Below, one piece after another: positions 8,240 through 16,698 of a DNA stretch of 53,378 bases (its first letter is position 1; each line of letters starts with the position of its first letter). The notes under the pieces were generated by a model. The model saw only the letters and a program-made list of their open reading frames with translations, had not been told where the DNA came from and ran no database searches. The DNA lies in assembly GCA_964365275.1 (NCBI GenBank), contig CAYIOW010000001.1:1-53378 (forward strand). The letters are read 5' to 3'. A program made the position numbers and the translations under genes. This DNA is from an uncultured Gammaproteobacteria bacterium (GTDB lineage: Bacteria; Patescibacteriota; Patescibacteriia; UBA9934; UBA11717).

Positions 8240-11062
8240 TTATTCGGTGCTTAACCTTGCCATCAGCACGAATGCGGCGAGAAATACTGCCGTCATAACA
8301 AACGGGGCCACCGATGATAATATATTTCTTCGTCCTGGATTGAATCGGCGAAGCAATAATGAGTTTGAAACGACTGACACGGAGCTCAATGCCATTGCCA
8401 ATCCGGCGAGTTCCGGACGAAGCACAATTCCCCAGACGGCAAAAACACGCGCCGCAATCGGTATTCCGCTCACATTGTAAAAGAGCGAAAAAAACAGGTT
8501 TTGTCTCACTTTCCCGAGCGTCTCACGGCTCAACTGAATGGCTCCGACCACATCCATAAGGTCGCTGCGCATCAGAACTATGCCTCCCGCTTCCATTGAC
8601 ACATCGGTTCCGCTACCCATCGCTATTCCTAAATCAGACGCGGCAAGCGCCGGCGCGTCGTTAATGCCGTCGCCGACCATGGCAACCTTTATTCCCGCCG
8701 ACTGCAATTTCTTCACCTCCTTTTCTTTGTCCTCCGGCAAAACTTCAGACAACACATTTTCAATTCCCACTTGTTTCGCAATCGCTTGCGCGGTTCGTTC
8801 GTTATCGCCGGTTATCATATAAAGCGCCAGTCCCATTTTCTTGAGAGCGTCAACCGCCTGCGCGGTTGACTCCTTTACGGCGTCCGCGACGGCAATCATT
8901 CCCATAATTCCGTCTTTAGTCGCAAGAAGCATAACCGTTTTCCCGGCCTCTTCAAGCTTGCGCATTTTTCTGTCGGCTTTTTGAATATCAAGATGCAATG
9001 TTTCCTCAATAAGCTTTCGGTTCCCGAGAAAATATTCCGCCGCTCCGACTTTTCCTTTCACTCCGTGTCCCGGTATCGCGCTGAATTCGCTCGCGTCTTC
9101 AATCGCCAAACCCTCTTCCTTCGCGTAATTCACAATCGCCTCCGCAAGAGGGTGCTCCGATTTCGCTTCCAAACTTGCCGCTATCGATGCAATGTTGTCT
9201 TCGTCTTCATCCGAAAGCGAAACGACATCGGTAACCTCAGGTTTGCCTTTTGTCAGCGTTCCCGTTTTATCAAATATGATCGCTTTGACCTTGCACGCCA
9301 TTTCCAGCGGCTCTCCGCCTTTAATCAATATTCCGCGCTCCGCTCCCTTTCCCGTCGCAACCATAATCGCAGTCGGCGTCGCAAGCCCCAAAGCGCAAGG
9401 ACAGGCGATGACCAAAACCGCGGTAAACGCCATCAGCGAATAACTCAATGGAGCTCCAAGAACCAGGAACCACACCACGAATGTTAAGACGGAGATGCAG
9501 ATTACCGCAGGAACGAACCACGACGAAACGCGGTCGGCGAACGCCTGAATCGGCGCGCGGGAACCTTGCGCTTCTTCAACAAGCCGCACGATTTGCGACA
9601 AGACCGTGTCAGCCCCTACATGCGTCGCGCGAAATTCAAAACTGCCCACCTTATTCATGGTCGCTCCGACAACTTTGTCGCCAGTCGCCTTCTCAACCGG
9701 AATGCTCTCGCCGGTAACCATTGACTCGTCAACGGAAGACGAGCCGGAAATCACAATACCGTCAACCGGAATTTTTTCGCCCGGGCGGACGATTACGATG
9801 TCATTCAAAACCACTTCGTCAACAGGTATGTCAAGCACCGCTCCGTCTCTCTTCACTCGAGCGGTTTTCGCGCGAAGGTCCATAAGTTTTCTGACCGCAT
9901 CCGATGTTTCGCCCTTCGCTTTGCTTTCCAGCCATTTTCCCAAAAGCACAAAGGTAATCAGAAACGCCGCGGTTTCAAAATACAATTCCGGAATTTTTTC
10001 TCCGAAAGCTCCGAGCGCACTGCCGTTCGCGAAGGCGTACAGAATAAAATTCACCGCGCTGTAAAAATACGCGGCAGAAGTTCCAATCGCGATTAAGCTG
10101 TCCATCCCGAACATCTTCATCCGCAAGCTAGACCACATTCCTTTGTAGAATCCGGCGCCCAAAATAAACTGCACCGGCGTTGACAGAATAAGCGAAATTA
10201 CTCCAACCCATGGAAGAATGGCCGATTTCCCGGGGAATGGCGCGAAGTCCAGAAACATAAAGAACAGCATCGGCAAGGACAGCGCAAAACCGAAATAGAA
10301 CATAGTTTTGTAGCGTTTTATTTCCGCTTCCCGTCGCTTCTTGTCTTCTTCAGGGTCATCAGCAAGAAATTTCTCCGCACCGTATCCGGCTTTTTTAATG
10401 CGCCGAATTATTTCCTCGTCGTTGGTTTTTGAGCCGTCATAAGACACGCGCGCCTTTCCGGTGGCAAAACTTACTTGAACATCTGAAACGCCCGGCAATT
10501 TTTTGACACTGTTTGAAATAATGCCCGCGCAGGACGCGCAGTGCATTCCGGATACTCTAAAATCAGACCTTTGCGCTCCAGACATAATCGTCTTCGGCAT
10601 GACGGACACCTTTTCCGACACTTCTGCGTACGGCACATCTCTTGAAGGCGCTCCTGATTGATGAAAAAGGCCACGCAAGCTTGAAACCAAACGGTCAACG
10701 CCTGAATAATCTTTCGGAAATTCTAAAAGCCCGCTTTGCCTTATGTGTTTCGCGCCGTCATCTTTACCTTGCGTTTCCATCGTGTAATGCATACGCACCG
10801 ATTCGCGTTCCGACGGCACTGTAATAAGCCCGTTTTGTTCCGCCGACTGCGCAATTTCAACAAACTCTCCTTTGTATCCAGCATCTGATATCGTCTTCAA
10901 AACAACTTCATCGGAAATGCCGTCGTCCATTTCAACTGAACAAAGCCCCGTATCAACATTCACATCGGCCGATATAATTCCGGGCACTTCACGCAACGCC
11001 TCTTCAATCAATGTCTCGCAGGACACGCAGTGCATTCCGAATACGCGGTAGATTTTTTTCAT
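8240..11062 (-). CDS. copA: copper-translocating P1B-type ATPase
   Basis: Two N-terminal HMA domains (MHCVSCE, MHCASCA), the CPC motif ([11 protein letters not shown]), the DKTGT phosphorylation site (FDKTGTLT) and [10 protein letters not shown]. Confidence 0.95.
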   Translation of the reverse strand: MKKIYRVFGMHCVSCETLIEEALREVPGIISADVNVDTGLCSVEMDDGISDEVVLKTISDAGYKGEFVEIAQSAEQNGLITVPSERESVRMHYTMETQGKDDGAKHIRQSGLLEFPKDYSGVDRLVSSLRGLFHQSGAPSRDVPYAEVSEKVSVMPKTIMSGAQRSDFRVSGMHCASCAGIISNSVKKLPGVSDVQVSFATGKARVSYDGSKTNDEEIIRRIKKAGYGAEKFLADDPEEDKKRREAEIKRYKTMFYFGFALSLPMLFFMFLDFAPFPGKSAILPWVGVISLILSTPVQFILGAGFYKGMWSSLRMKMFGMDSLIAIGTSAAYFYSAVNFILYAFANGSALGAFGEKIPELYFETAAFLITFVLLGKWLESKAKGETSDAVRKLMDLRAKTARVKRDGAVLDIPVDEVVLNDIVIVRPGEKIPVDGIVISGSSSVDESMVTGESIPVEKATGDKVVGATMNKVGSFEFRATHVGADTVLSQIVRLVEEAQGSRAPIQAFADRVSSWFVPAVICISVLTFVVWFLVLGAPLSYSLMAFTAVLVIACPCALGLATPTAIMVATGKGAERGILIKGGEPLEMACKVKAIIFDKTGTLTKGKPEVTDVVSLSDEDEDNIASIAASLEAKSEHPLAEAIVNYAKEEGLAIEDASEFSAIPGHGVKGKVGAAEYFLGNRKLIEETLHLDIQKADRKMRKLEEAGKTVMLLATKDGIMGMIAVADAVKESTAQAVDALKKMGLALYMITGDNERTAQAIAKQVGIENVLSEVLPEDKEKEVKKLQSAGIKVAMVGDGINDAPALAASDLGIAMGSGTDVSMEAGGIVLMRSDLMDVVGAIQLSRETLGKVRQNLFFSLFYNVSGIPIAARVFAVWGIVLRPELAGLAMALSSVSVVSNSLLLRRFNPGRRNILSSVAPFVMTAVFLAAFVLMARLSTE

Positions 11063-11069
11063 ATCTCAA

Positions 11070-11285
11070 TTATTTAATATTGAAACTCACTTTATATCCC
11101 TTTTCGCTAAGCGCATCTCTTATTAATTCCTGCGACACCTGCTCGCTTGAAACGAGTTCGGCACGCCCGTCGTTCAGCCGTATGTTCACATCAAGCACTG
11201 ACGGGATCTTTTTCAGCGACATCTCGCTTATTTTCGTGCAAGCGTCACAACTCAAATTCGTGATAAAGAATGTGATTTTATGCAT
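11070..11285 (-). CDS. copZ: copper chaperone, HMA domain
   Basis: 71 aa with a CDAC metal-binding motif near the N-terminus. Lies immediately upstream of copA on the same strand. Confidence 0.8.
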   Translation of the reverse strand: MHKITFFITNLSCDACTKISEMSLKKIPSVLDVNIRLNDGRAELVSSEQVSQELIRDALSEKGYKVSFNIK

Positions 11286-11306
11286 ATTTGATTTCCAAAC
11301 GATTAA

Positions 11307-11585
11307 TTATCTGCGCCTCTGCGAAATATCGCATGCTCTCATTATCTCCGCTATGAACCGTTCGCGCGCTTTCGGGTCTTTGGACGCCAATTTCGCGCCG
11401 CATGTGTGAAGGTGGCTTTCAAGCATGGCATTATTTGCTTGTTTGAGAATCCCGAGAAGCGCGTTAATCTGCTGGATTATATCCATACAGTAACGCCCGT
11501 CGGTTGTCATCTTCTCCACGCGAAGCAACTGACCCTTCGCTTTGTTAATCTGCGCCAAAACGCCGGAATGGTTATGTTTTTTCAT
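11307..11585 (-). CDS. csoR: CsoR-family copper-sensing transcriptional repressor
   Basis: DUF156/CsoR pattern (INKAKGQLLRVEKM...RYCMDIIQQI...HLHTCG), including the conserved Cys...His-x-x-x-Cys ligand region. Start moved to ATG 11585 because a -35 element occupies 11619-11624. Confidence 0.85.
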   Translation of the reverse strand: MKKHNHSGVLAQINKAKGQLLRVEKMTTDGRYCMDIIQQINALLGILKQANNAMLESHLHTCGAKLASKDPKARERFIAEIMRACDISQRRR

Positions 11586-11587
11586 AT

Positions 11588-11610
11588 GTATACCTATGGT
11601 ATAGGTATAC
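11588..11610 (-). promoter_or_regulatory. candidate CsoR operator
   Basis: GTATACCTAT-GGT-ATAGGTATAC has 10-bp perfect inverted arms. It lies 2 nt upstream of the csoR ATG and overlaps the predicted -10. Confidence 0.6.
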
Positions 11611-11624
11611 GCCTTCCCTGTCAA
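11596..11624 (-). promoter_or_regulatory. candidate sigma70-type promoter of csoR-copZ-copA
   Basis: On the minus strand: TTGACA (11619-11624), 17-nt spacer, TACCAT (11596-11601). This implies a very short 5' UTR. Confidence 0.4.
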
Positions 11625-11683
11625 CCGCGCCGTTGTTGCGATGTGGATAACTTCCTGCCCGCGCCGTGATAAAATCTAATCCT

Positions 11684-12226
11684 ATGCATGAAAGAATCCA
11701 TTATCATTTTCTTGAAGGACACGAAAAAGAACCGGGTCGCGAAATACGGCAGGTTACCGACACGGCAATTTATCGCCTTTCCGATTGGCTAAATAAACGA
11801 CTTGAAGCGATGAAAGCGAAGACCGATGACGAGAGCGACGACGATGATAATGCCGATTCAAGGAAGAAAAATCCTGATACATTGGAAAAACTTATAAAAA
11901 ATATCCGCACGAATGTTTTCGAGTATCTTGAGGCGCGGGTAAACTTGCGCCAGGCGGCATCAGAACCGGATTATAGGCGCGACAAAGCGGCGATTGAGGT
12001 GGCCGACCGCGCTAGACGAAACGCGCATATCGCCTTCGTTGATAGCATAAGGATAGCGATTAGGAATCTTTCAGATGCTGAAAACCGGCTACCGCACGAA
12101 TTTCATCCTCTGGTAGGTTCAAGTGACAATGAGGCCCTGCGCGATAGGGTGGCTGACGCGGCGATTGACTATTTTTGGGCGTTGTTGTACGAAGGTAAAG
12201 ACACGAAAGGAGACGATGTTCTATGA
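11684..12226 (+). CDS. hypothetical protein (acidic, helical)
   Basis: ATG at 11684 (MHERIHYHF); the ORF track starts at 11666. Its stop overlaps the next start (ATGA at 12223-12226). No recognisable domain. Confidence 0.45.
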   Translation: MHERIHYHFLEGHEKEPGREIRQVTDTAIYRLSDWLNKRLEAMKAKTDDESDDDDNADSRKKNPDTLEKLIKNIRTNVFEYLEARVNLRQAASEPDYRRDKAAIEVADRARRNAHIAFVDSIRIAIRNLSDAENRLPHEFHPLVGSSDNEALRDRVADAAIDYFWALLYEGKDTKGDDVL

Positions 12227-12489
12227 GGTTCAATTCTTCCGATATGTCTTCAGCGACATATGCCATCGCGAAAAACGAAGCGTTATCGCTTCTCGCGCGG
12301 TGTCTTGCGGTGCTTGGACGAGGCGAGAAAGTCGGACGGGAGGTTCGCGACGAGGTAATCGGGTCGTTCAGACGCGCCTCTTCCGGTTTCGTCGGCGCGG
12401 ACCGCGAAACGATGGCCAAAATGACTGATGGTGAAATCTGGGACAAGCTTCTGGAGCTTGCGCGAACCCTCTTGGGGGACGACAAATAG
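12223..12489 (+). CDS. hypothetical protein (88 aa)
   Basis: Translationally coupled to the preceding ORF by a 4-nt overlap. No recognisable domain. Confidence 0.45.
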   Translation: MRFNSSDMSSATYAIAKNEALSLLARCLAVLGRGEKVGREVRDEVIGSFRRASSGFVGADRETMAKMTDGEIWDKLLELARTLLGDDK

Positions 12490-12546
12490 AGGTCGTCTCT
12501 TTTTTCTTGACGCATACTCCGCTTCATGATAACCTGACGAAACTTT

Positions 12547-12702
12547 ATGAGCCAAGATAATATTATTCAGATGGAATGTACCGCCTGCAAAACGGTAAAT
12601 TACCATTCCAAAAAGAACAAAAAAACATTGAAAGGCCGTTTGGAACTTTCAAAGTTTTGCAAAGTATGCAAAAAGCATGTGGGGCATAAGGAGACGAAGT
12701 AA
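12547..12702 (+). CDS. rpmG: 50S ribosomal protein L33 (zinc-binding C4 type)
   Basis: My own translation is [51 protein letters not shown] (51 aa). It is below the ORF-track length cutoff. Shows the classic L33 pattern with CxxC...CxxC. Confidence 0.85.
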   Translation: MSQDNIIQMECTACKTVNYHSKKNKKTLKGRLELSKFCKVCKKHVGHKETK

Positions 12703-12743
12703 CCGATGGCTACAGGTTTAGTGAGACCTTCGTCATATAACCG

Positions 12744-12775
12744 AAAAGACCGCTCAATGAGCTGTCTTTTCATTT
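12744..12775. terminator. hairpin between convergent rpmG and LOG genes (bidirectional terminator candidate)
   Basis: AAAAGACCGCTC-AAT-GAGCTGTCTTTT with one C/T mismatch. An A-run precedes it and TTTTCATTT follows. Confidence 0.5.
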
Positions 12776-12779
12776 AATT

Positions 12780-13535
12780 CTAAAATATCGTTCTCTCTTT
12801 TGATGTTCTAATAATATCCATCGCCTCTTCGGCTGTGTCCACTATCGTAAACAGGTCTAGGTCTTCCGGCGAAATTGTTTCAAACTCGTCTCGCATTTCT
12901 TTTCGCATCCACGCTACCATTGGGTCCCAAAAAGCGTGACTCAAGAGTACACATGGAACACGAGACATTTTGTCCGTCTGAATCAAGGTCAAGATTTCCG
13001 AAAATTCGTCTAAAGTTCCGAAACCTCCGGGGCAAAACACATACGCCTGACCGGAGGCAGTCAGCATAACTTTCCGCGTGAAGAAATAATAAAACGCCTT
13101 GCTTCTAGTTACGAACGGGTTGACGCGTTGTTCAGTAGGAAGTTGTATATTTAATCCAAGAGACGGAGCGCCCGCTTCAAACGCTCCGCGATTCGCCGCC
13201 TCCATCATTCCGGGTCCGCCACCGGTGATTACCGTAAATCCTTCGTCGCCGAGTATTTTTCCGAGTTTCACAACTTCCTTGTACCACGGCGAGTTCTCGT
13301 TTATTCTTGCGGAACCGAAAATGGATACTTCTTTGAAGGTTGTCGTCAAAAACTGAAACCCCTCAACAAACTCCGCCATTATACGAAAAATTCGCCAGGT
13401 GATATCACTCATATTGTGTGAGGTCAGCTCGGCGTGTTCTTCCGGCATCTCTGCGGTAGCGCGCGGAAAGCGACACGAGCCGCCATTGCACACCTCACCA
13501 TCCGGCATGCGTACAGTTTTTTGTTGTTTGCTCAT
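12780..13535 (-). CDS. LOG-family (TIGR00730) nucleotide 5'-monophosphate nucleosidase-like protein
   Basis: Carries the motifs GGGPGMMEAANRGA and PGGFGTLDEF. Start placed at ATG 13535 (MSKQQKT); the ORF track extends to 13580. Confidence 0.8.
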   Translation of the reverse strand: MSKQQKTVRMPDGEVCNGGSCRFPRATAEMPEEHAELTSHNMSDITWRIFRIMAEFVEGFQFLTTTFKEVSIFGSARINENSPWYKEVVKLGKILGDEGFTVITGGGPGMMEAANRGAFEAGAPSLGLNIQLPTEQRVNPFVTRSKAFYYFFTRKVMLTASGQAYVFCPGGFGTLDEFSEILTLIQTDKMSRVPCVLLSHAFWDPMVAWMRKEMRDEFETISPEDLDLFTIVDTAEEAMDIIRTSKERTIF

Positions 13536-13627
13536 AGATGATGCTATTATACACCACAATATGATTTGGTTCATCATCATCGCGGGGGTTCTGACGATTG
13601 TAGTCGCGGTTGTTCAAGCCGATAGAT

Positions 13628-13652
13628 AAATCCGCCCTTTCGGAGCGGATAA
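13628..13652 (-). terminator. possible terminator downstream of the Spo0M-like gene
   Basis: On the minus strand: ATCCGC-loop-GCGGAT followed by TTTATCTATC. The stem is short. Confidence 0.35.
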
Positions 13653-13669
13653 ATCTGTGCTGTGTTTGT

Positions 13670-14143
13670 TTAGAATGTAACGACTATCGCGGAAGAAGTT
13701 CTGGCGCCGATTGAGCCCTCCACTTCAACCGAGGCGTCCAATGTCCAAGCTCGTTGTTCTTTTGTAGCCATCGCGTTCAATTTCCCTAGCGCACCCATCA
13801 CGCCGGCTTGGTCGGCTTGTCCTGGCGCCGCCTGAACAGGGAGAGAGAATGAATATGTTTTTTGTTCTCCAGCGCCAAGCGTGAATCCGCCCGGTTCGTC
13901 TTTTTGCGCAAGGACGGTTCTTTGCACATTAGTTGAATTATTTCCACCAATGCCATATTGCCTTGCTGACTTCTGTTCGGCAAGCGAAATGTGTACTCCC
14001 TTAATGTTTGAAGGCGCCGTTCCGCCCGTGAGCGCGAGCGTAACTTCAAGGTTCTGTCCGTTTTGAACGCTCCCCGCCGATGTTAGCGCGATTTTAACCC
14101 CTCCAATGTTTAACGCCCCCTTAATCTTGTCAAAAAATCCCAT
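13670..14143 (-). CDS. SpoOM-like (arrestin-fold) protein
   Basis: Begins with MGFFDKIKGALNIGGVKIAL, typical of SpoOM-family proteins. Start at ATG 14143 avoids overlap with htrA. Confidence 0.45.
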   Translation of the reverse strand: MGFFDKIKGALNIGGVKIALTSAGSVQNGQNLEVTLALTGGTAPSNIKGVHISLAEQKSARQYGIGGNNSTNVQRTVLAQKDEPGGFTLGAGEQKTYSFSLPVQAAPGQADQAGVMGALGKLNAMATKEQRAWTLDASVEVEGSIGARTSSAIVVTF

Positions 14144-14180
14144 AAGATTGTTTAGGTGAATAATAGTAATTTTACCTCGT

Positions 14181-15404
14181 TTATTTGGTTTGTGGCAATT
14201 CTTCAAGTGTGAGCTTTATTATTATCGTCTTTCCATCTCGGATTACTTCAAGGGAAACCGTATCACCGACTTTCTTCCTGCGAATGAGGCCGGCAAGGGT
14301 GTGTTCACTATTAATTTTCTCTCCATCAACCGAGACAACGATATCTTTTTCCTGAATATCGGCTTTATCCGCCGGTGAGTTATCAATTACCGCCGGGTTT
14401 TGTCCGTCTCCAAGAACGAATGAGCCCTCGTCAACCGTGAGCGCGAACTTTTCTTTTACTGCCTTTGTGATGTTTATATAACGGACACCGATATATGGGC
14501 GCACCACACGACCGTTTGCAATAATGGAATTTGCTGTGCTTTGAACAAGATTTGAAGGAATTGCGAAGCCGATGTTTTCCGCATTGCCCGCAACGGCGAC
14601 ATTCACACCGATTACTTTTCCGGTTTTATCCAAGAGCGGTCCTCCGGAGTTTCCAGGATTGATTGCGGCGTCAGTTTGAATCAGTCCTTCAAGCTGTTCA
14701 GAAGAACGGCCGTCTTGCGCGGTGATTGAACGAGCTAGGCCTGAAACGACCCCGACAGATACGGTATTTCTAAACTCGTTTAATGGGTTTCCGATGGCGA
14801 TGACGCTCTGACCAGGTTTCAAATTATCCGAATTTCCGAACTTCAAAAATGGAAGATTAGTCGCTTCAATTTTTGCGACCGCGATATCCAAGACAGAATC
14901 TTTTGCTACTACCTTCGCGGGATATTCCGTTCCGTCTGAAGTGATAACGGTATAGCTTGCCGTCTCGTCTGAAACGACATGGTTATTGGTAACCACATAT
15001 CCGTCAGCGCTGATAATAAAACCAGAACCGCCACCTACCTCGCGTTTTTCGGTTCCTGTTTGTCGCTGTCTTGGGATTTGAAACTGCGGGAAACCGAGTC
15101 CGCCAAATGGCGATGGTGCGCTCTCGTTATACTGTTCGTACACCGGCATATCTTTGCTGATGCTGATTGCAACCACGGCGGGGGATGCTGATGAAACAAT
15201 ATTTTCAATTGAAAGCGGAGCCGGCGCTGATTTTGTTCCACCGCCATCTGTGTTGTTTTGTGTGTCAGATACAATGTCTTGCTTGTCGTTATCAGCGACT
15301 TGCTCCGCCTTCGGCTTCAACACACCGAAGAAAACCGCGTTCATAAGCAAACTTCCGGCAATTCCTGCCGCGAGACCTATCCACAGAGGATTGTTTGTTG
15401 GCAT
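14181..15404 (-). CDS. htrA: HtrA/DegP-family serine protease with PDZ domain
   Basis: Catalytic blocks TNNHVV, DIAV and GNSGGPLL, an N-terminal TM anchor, and a C-terminal PDZ-like region. Confidence 0.9.
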   Translation of the reverse strand: MPTNNPLWIGLAAGIAGSLLMNAVFFGVLKPKAEQVADNDKQDIVSDTQNNTDGGGTKSAPAPLSIENIVSSASPAVVAISISKDMPVYEQYNESAPSPFGGLGFPQFQIPRQRQTGTEKREVGGGSGFIISADGYVVTNNHVVSDETASYTVITSDGTEYPAKVVAKDSVLDIAVAKIEATNLPFLKFGNSDNLKPGQSVIAIGNPLNEFRNTVSVGVVSGLARSITAQDGRSSEQLEGLIQTDAAINPGNSGGPLLDKTGKVIGVNVAVAGNAENIGFAIPSNLVQSTANSIIANGRVVRPYIGVRYINITKAVKEKFALTVDEGSFVLGDGQNPAVIDNSPADKADIQEKDIVVSVDGEKINSEHTLAGLIRRKKVGDTVSLEVIRDGKTIIIKLTLEELPQTK

Positions 15405-15454
15405 ATTTTGATATTAATCATTAGCGTGATGGATAATATACCAGAAAAAAACGG

Positions 15455-15483
15455 TTGACAAAACCCCATTTTTGTGATATAAA
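15455..15483 (+). promoter_or_regulatory. strong sigma70-type promoter candidate with extended -10
   Basis: TTGACA (15455-15460), 17-nt spacer, TATAAA (15478-15483), preceded by TGa (15475-15477). Points toward the GC-rich lipoprotein gene about 200 nt downstream. Confidence 0.5.
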
Positions 15484-15683
15484 CCACGGTTCTTTACAAG
15501 GAGTGAAATAGAGCAAAACGGTGCGAATTCGGGTTTTTGACTGGAATAGTACTGTAGAGACGCCCCACCGGGGCGTCTAAAATATAATTCCATTCCAAAC
15601 CTCGGATTCGCGCCTGAATTATCTTGCGCGGAACCTCTGGGCTGTGGCCGCCTTTATCCAAAGAGCCACGAGGAGATGAAGTC

Positions 15684-16586
15684 ATGAAGAAGTACCTGTT
15701 CCTGGCCCTCGCGGGCCTGTTCGCCGCTCTCGTGAGCGGCTGTGAGAGCGACACCAGTTTGCGTGCCATGCCGACGGGTTTGGCTGACGCAGTCGCGGAC
15801 GCCAACCTCGGCTCTGATCCGGTGGACAGTGTCGTGCGGTTGCACGACATCTTCGATCAGGCCTTGGTGGACGCACCAGAGTCAGAGGAAGATGAGGGCT
15901 CGGGGGATGACACCCCGGAGAGCGACCCGCTGGAACCCGGGGAAATCTGCGGGAACACCTTCGAGGTGTGGAATGGAGCGTTCAATCCATTGCAGTGGCA
16001 GGAGGTCTCGGCCTTCCCGCTGTTCGGGATCATGAGCGACCCATCCTACGACATCGCTCGGGGTGAGACGGCGACGCTGTCCATCTCGGTCACCGCCATG
16101 TGCGGTCCAATCGAGGTGGAACACACCTTCCTCGTCGTCGACCAGGACCTCGGCGCGGGGTGGAATGTGGGACCGTACGAGGCGGGTGCGGAGATGCAGC
16201 TCCGCAACCCAGTCGCGGACACGCTCCTCGGCTCCGGCGCAAGCAACACCCTCTCCTTCGCACCTGGGGATGAACTTCACTACCTCTCCTACTCGGAGAA
16301 CAGTGGAGTGATGGGAGGAACGATTCAAATCGATCCCATCCTCATATCAGAGGGAGAGACCCTGGTGTTGCAGTACCGCTTTGGAGCGGACTTCACCTCC
16401 ATGGTTCCGGTCGGAAGCCGGTTCGGATTGTCCACCGACATCTTCGGGTGGACCGATGTGGACACCGGAACCTACATCCAGTTGGGGTCAGCATACCCGT
16501 GGGCGGTACCTGCCGGCGGTATCCAGTTCCAGGGAGCAGAGCTCCCGTATATGGGACCCGGCACCGTATACAATGTGGTAGAGTAG
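15684..16586 (+). CDS. lipoprotein of unknown function, encoded in a GC-rich islet
   Basis: ATG at 15684 with AGGAG 8 nt upstream. Signal peptide plus lipobox (MKKYLFLALAGLFAALVSG|C). Codons are GC3-rich, unlike the neighbouring genes. The many overlapping ORFs on both strands are typical of high-GC DNA. Confidence 0.65.
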   Translation: MKKYLFLALAGLFAALVSGCESDTSLRAMPTGLADAVADANLGSDPVDSVVRLHDIFDQALVDAPESEEDEGSGDDTPESDPLEPGEICGNTFEVWNGAFNPLQWQEVSAFPLFGIMSDPSYDIARGETATLSISVTAMCGPIEVEHTFLVVDQDLGAGWNVGPYEAGAEMQLRNPVADTLLGSGASNTLSFAPGDELHYLSYSENSGVMGGTIQIDPILISEGETLVLQYRFGADFTSMVPVGSRFGLSTDIFGWTDVDTGTYIQLGSAYPWAVPAGGIQFQGAELPYMGPGTVYNVVE

Positions 16587-16629
16587 AGTGTCCAGCGCCT
16601 CGGAGGTGGCGCGCGAGTATTCTCGGCCT

Positions 16630-16678
16630 CGCCGAACGAAGTCCCTGCTGGGCTCGCGTTCGGCGGGGATTTTGTTTT
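16630..16678 (+). terminator. rho-independent terminator of the lipoprotein gene
   Basis: CGCCGAACG (16630-16638), 18-nt loop, CGTTCGGCG (16657-16665), then GGGATTTTGTTTT. Confidence 0.7.
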
Positions 16679-16698
16679 AGGTACTTGGGATCGGCAAC

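Noticed and set aside
8211-10824. Many ORFs antisense to or out of frame within copA (for example 8211-8480, 8981-9487, 9606-10064, 10471-10698)
   Set aside because: All lie inside the unambiguous 940-aa P-type ATPase gene, and their products are low-complexity and Arg/Ser-rich. They are shadow ORFs.
11586-11624. N-terminal extension of csoR (MTGKAYTYTIGIH...)
   Set aside because: The extension would be translated through the operator palindrome and would begin on the predicted -35 hexamer. The ATG at 11585 gives a CsoR of typical length.
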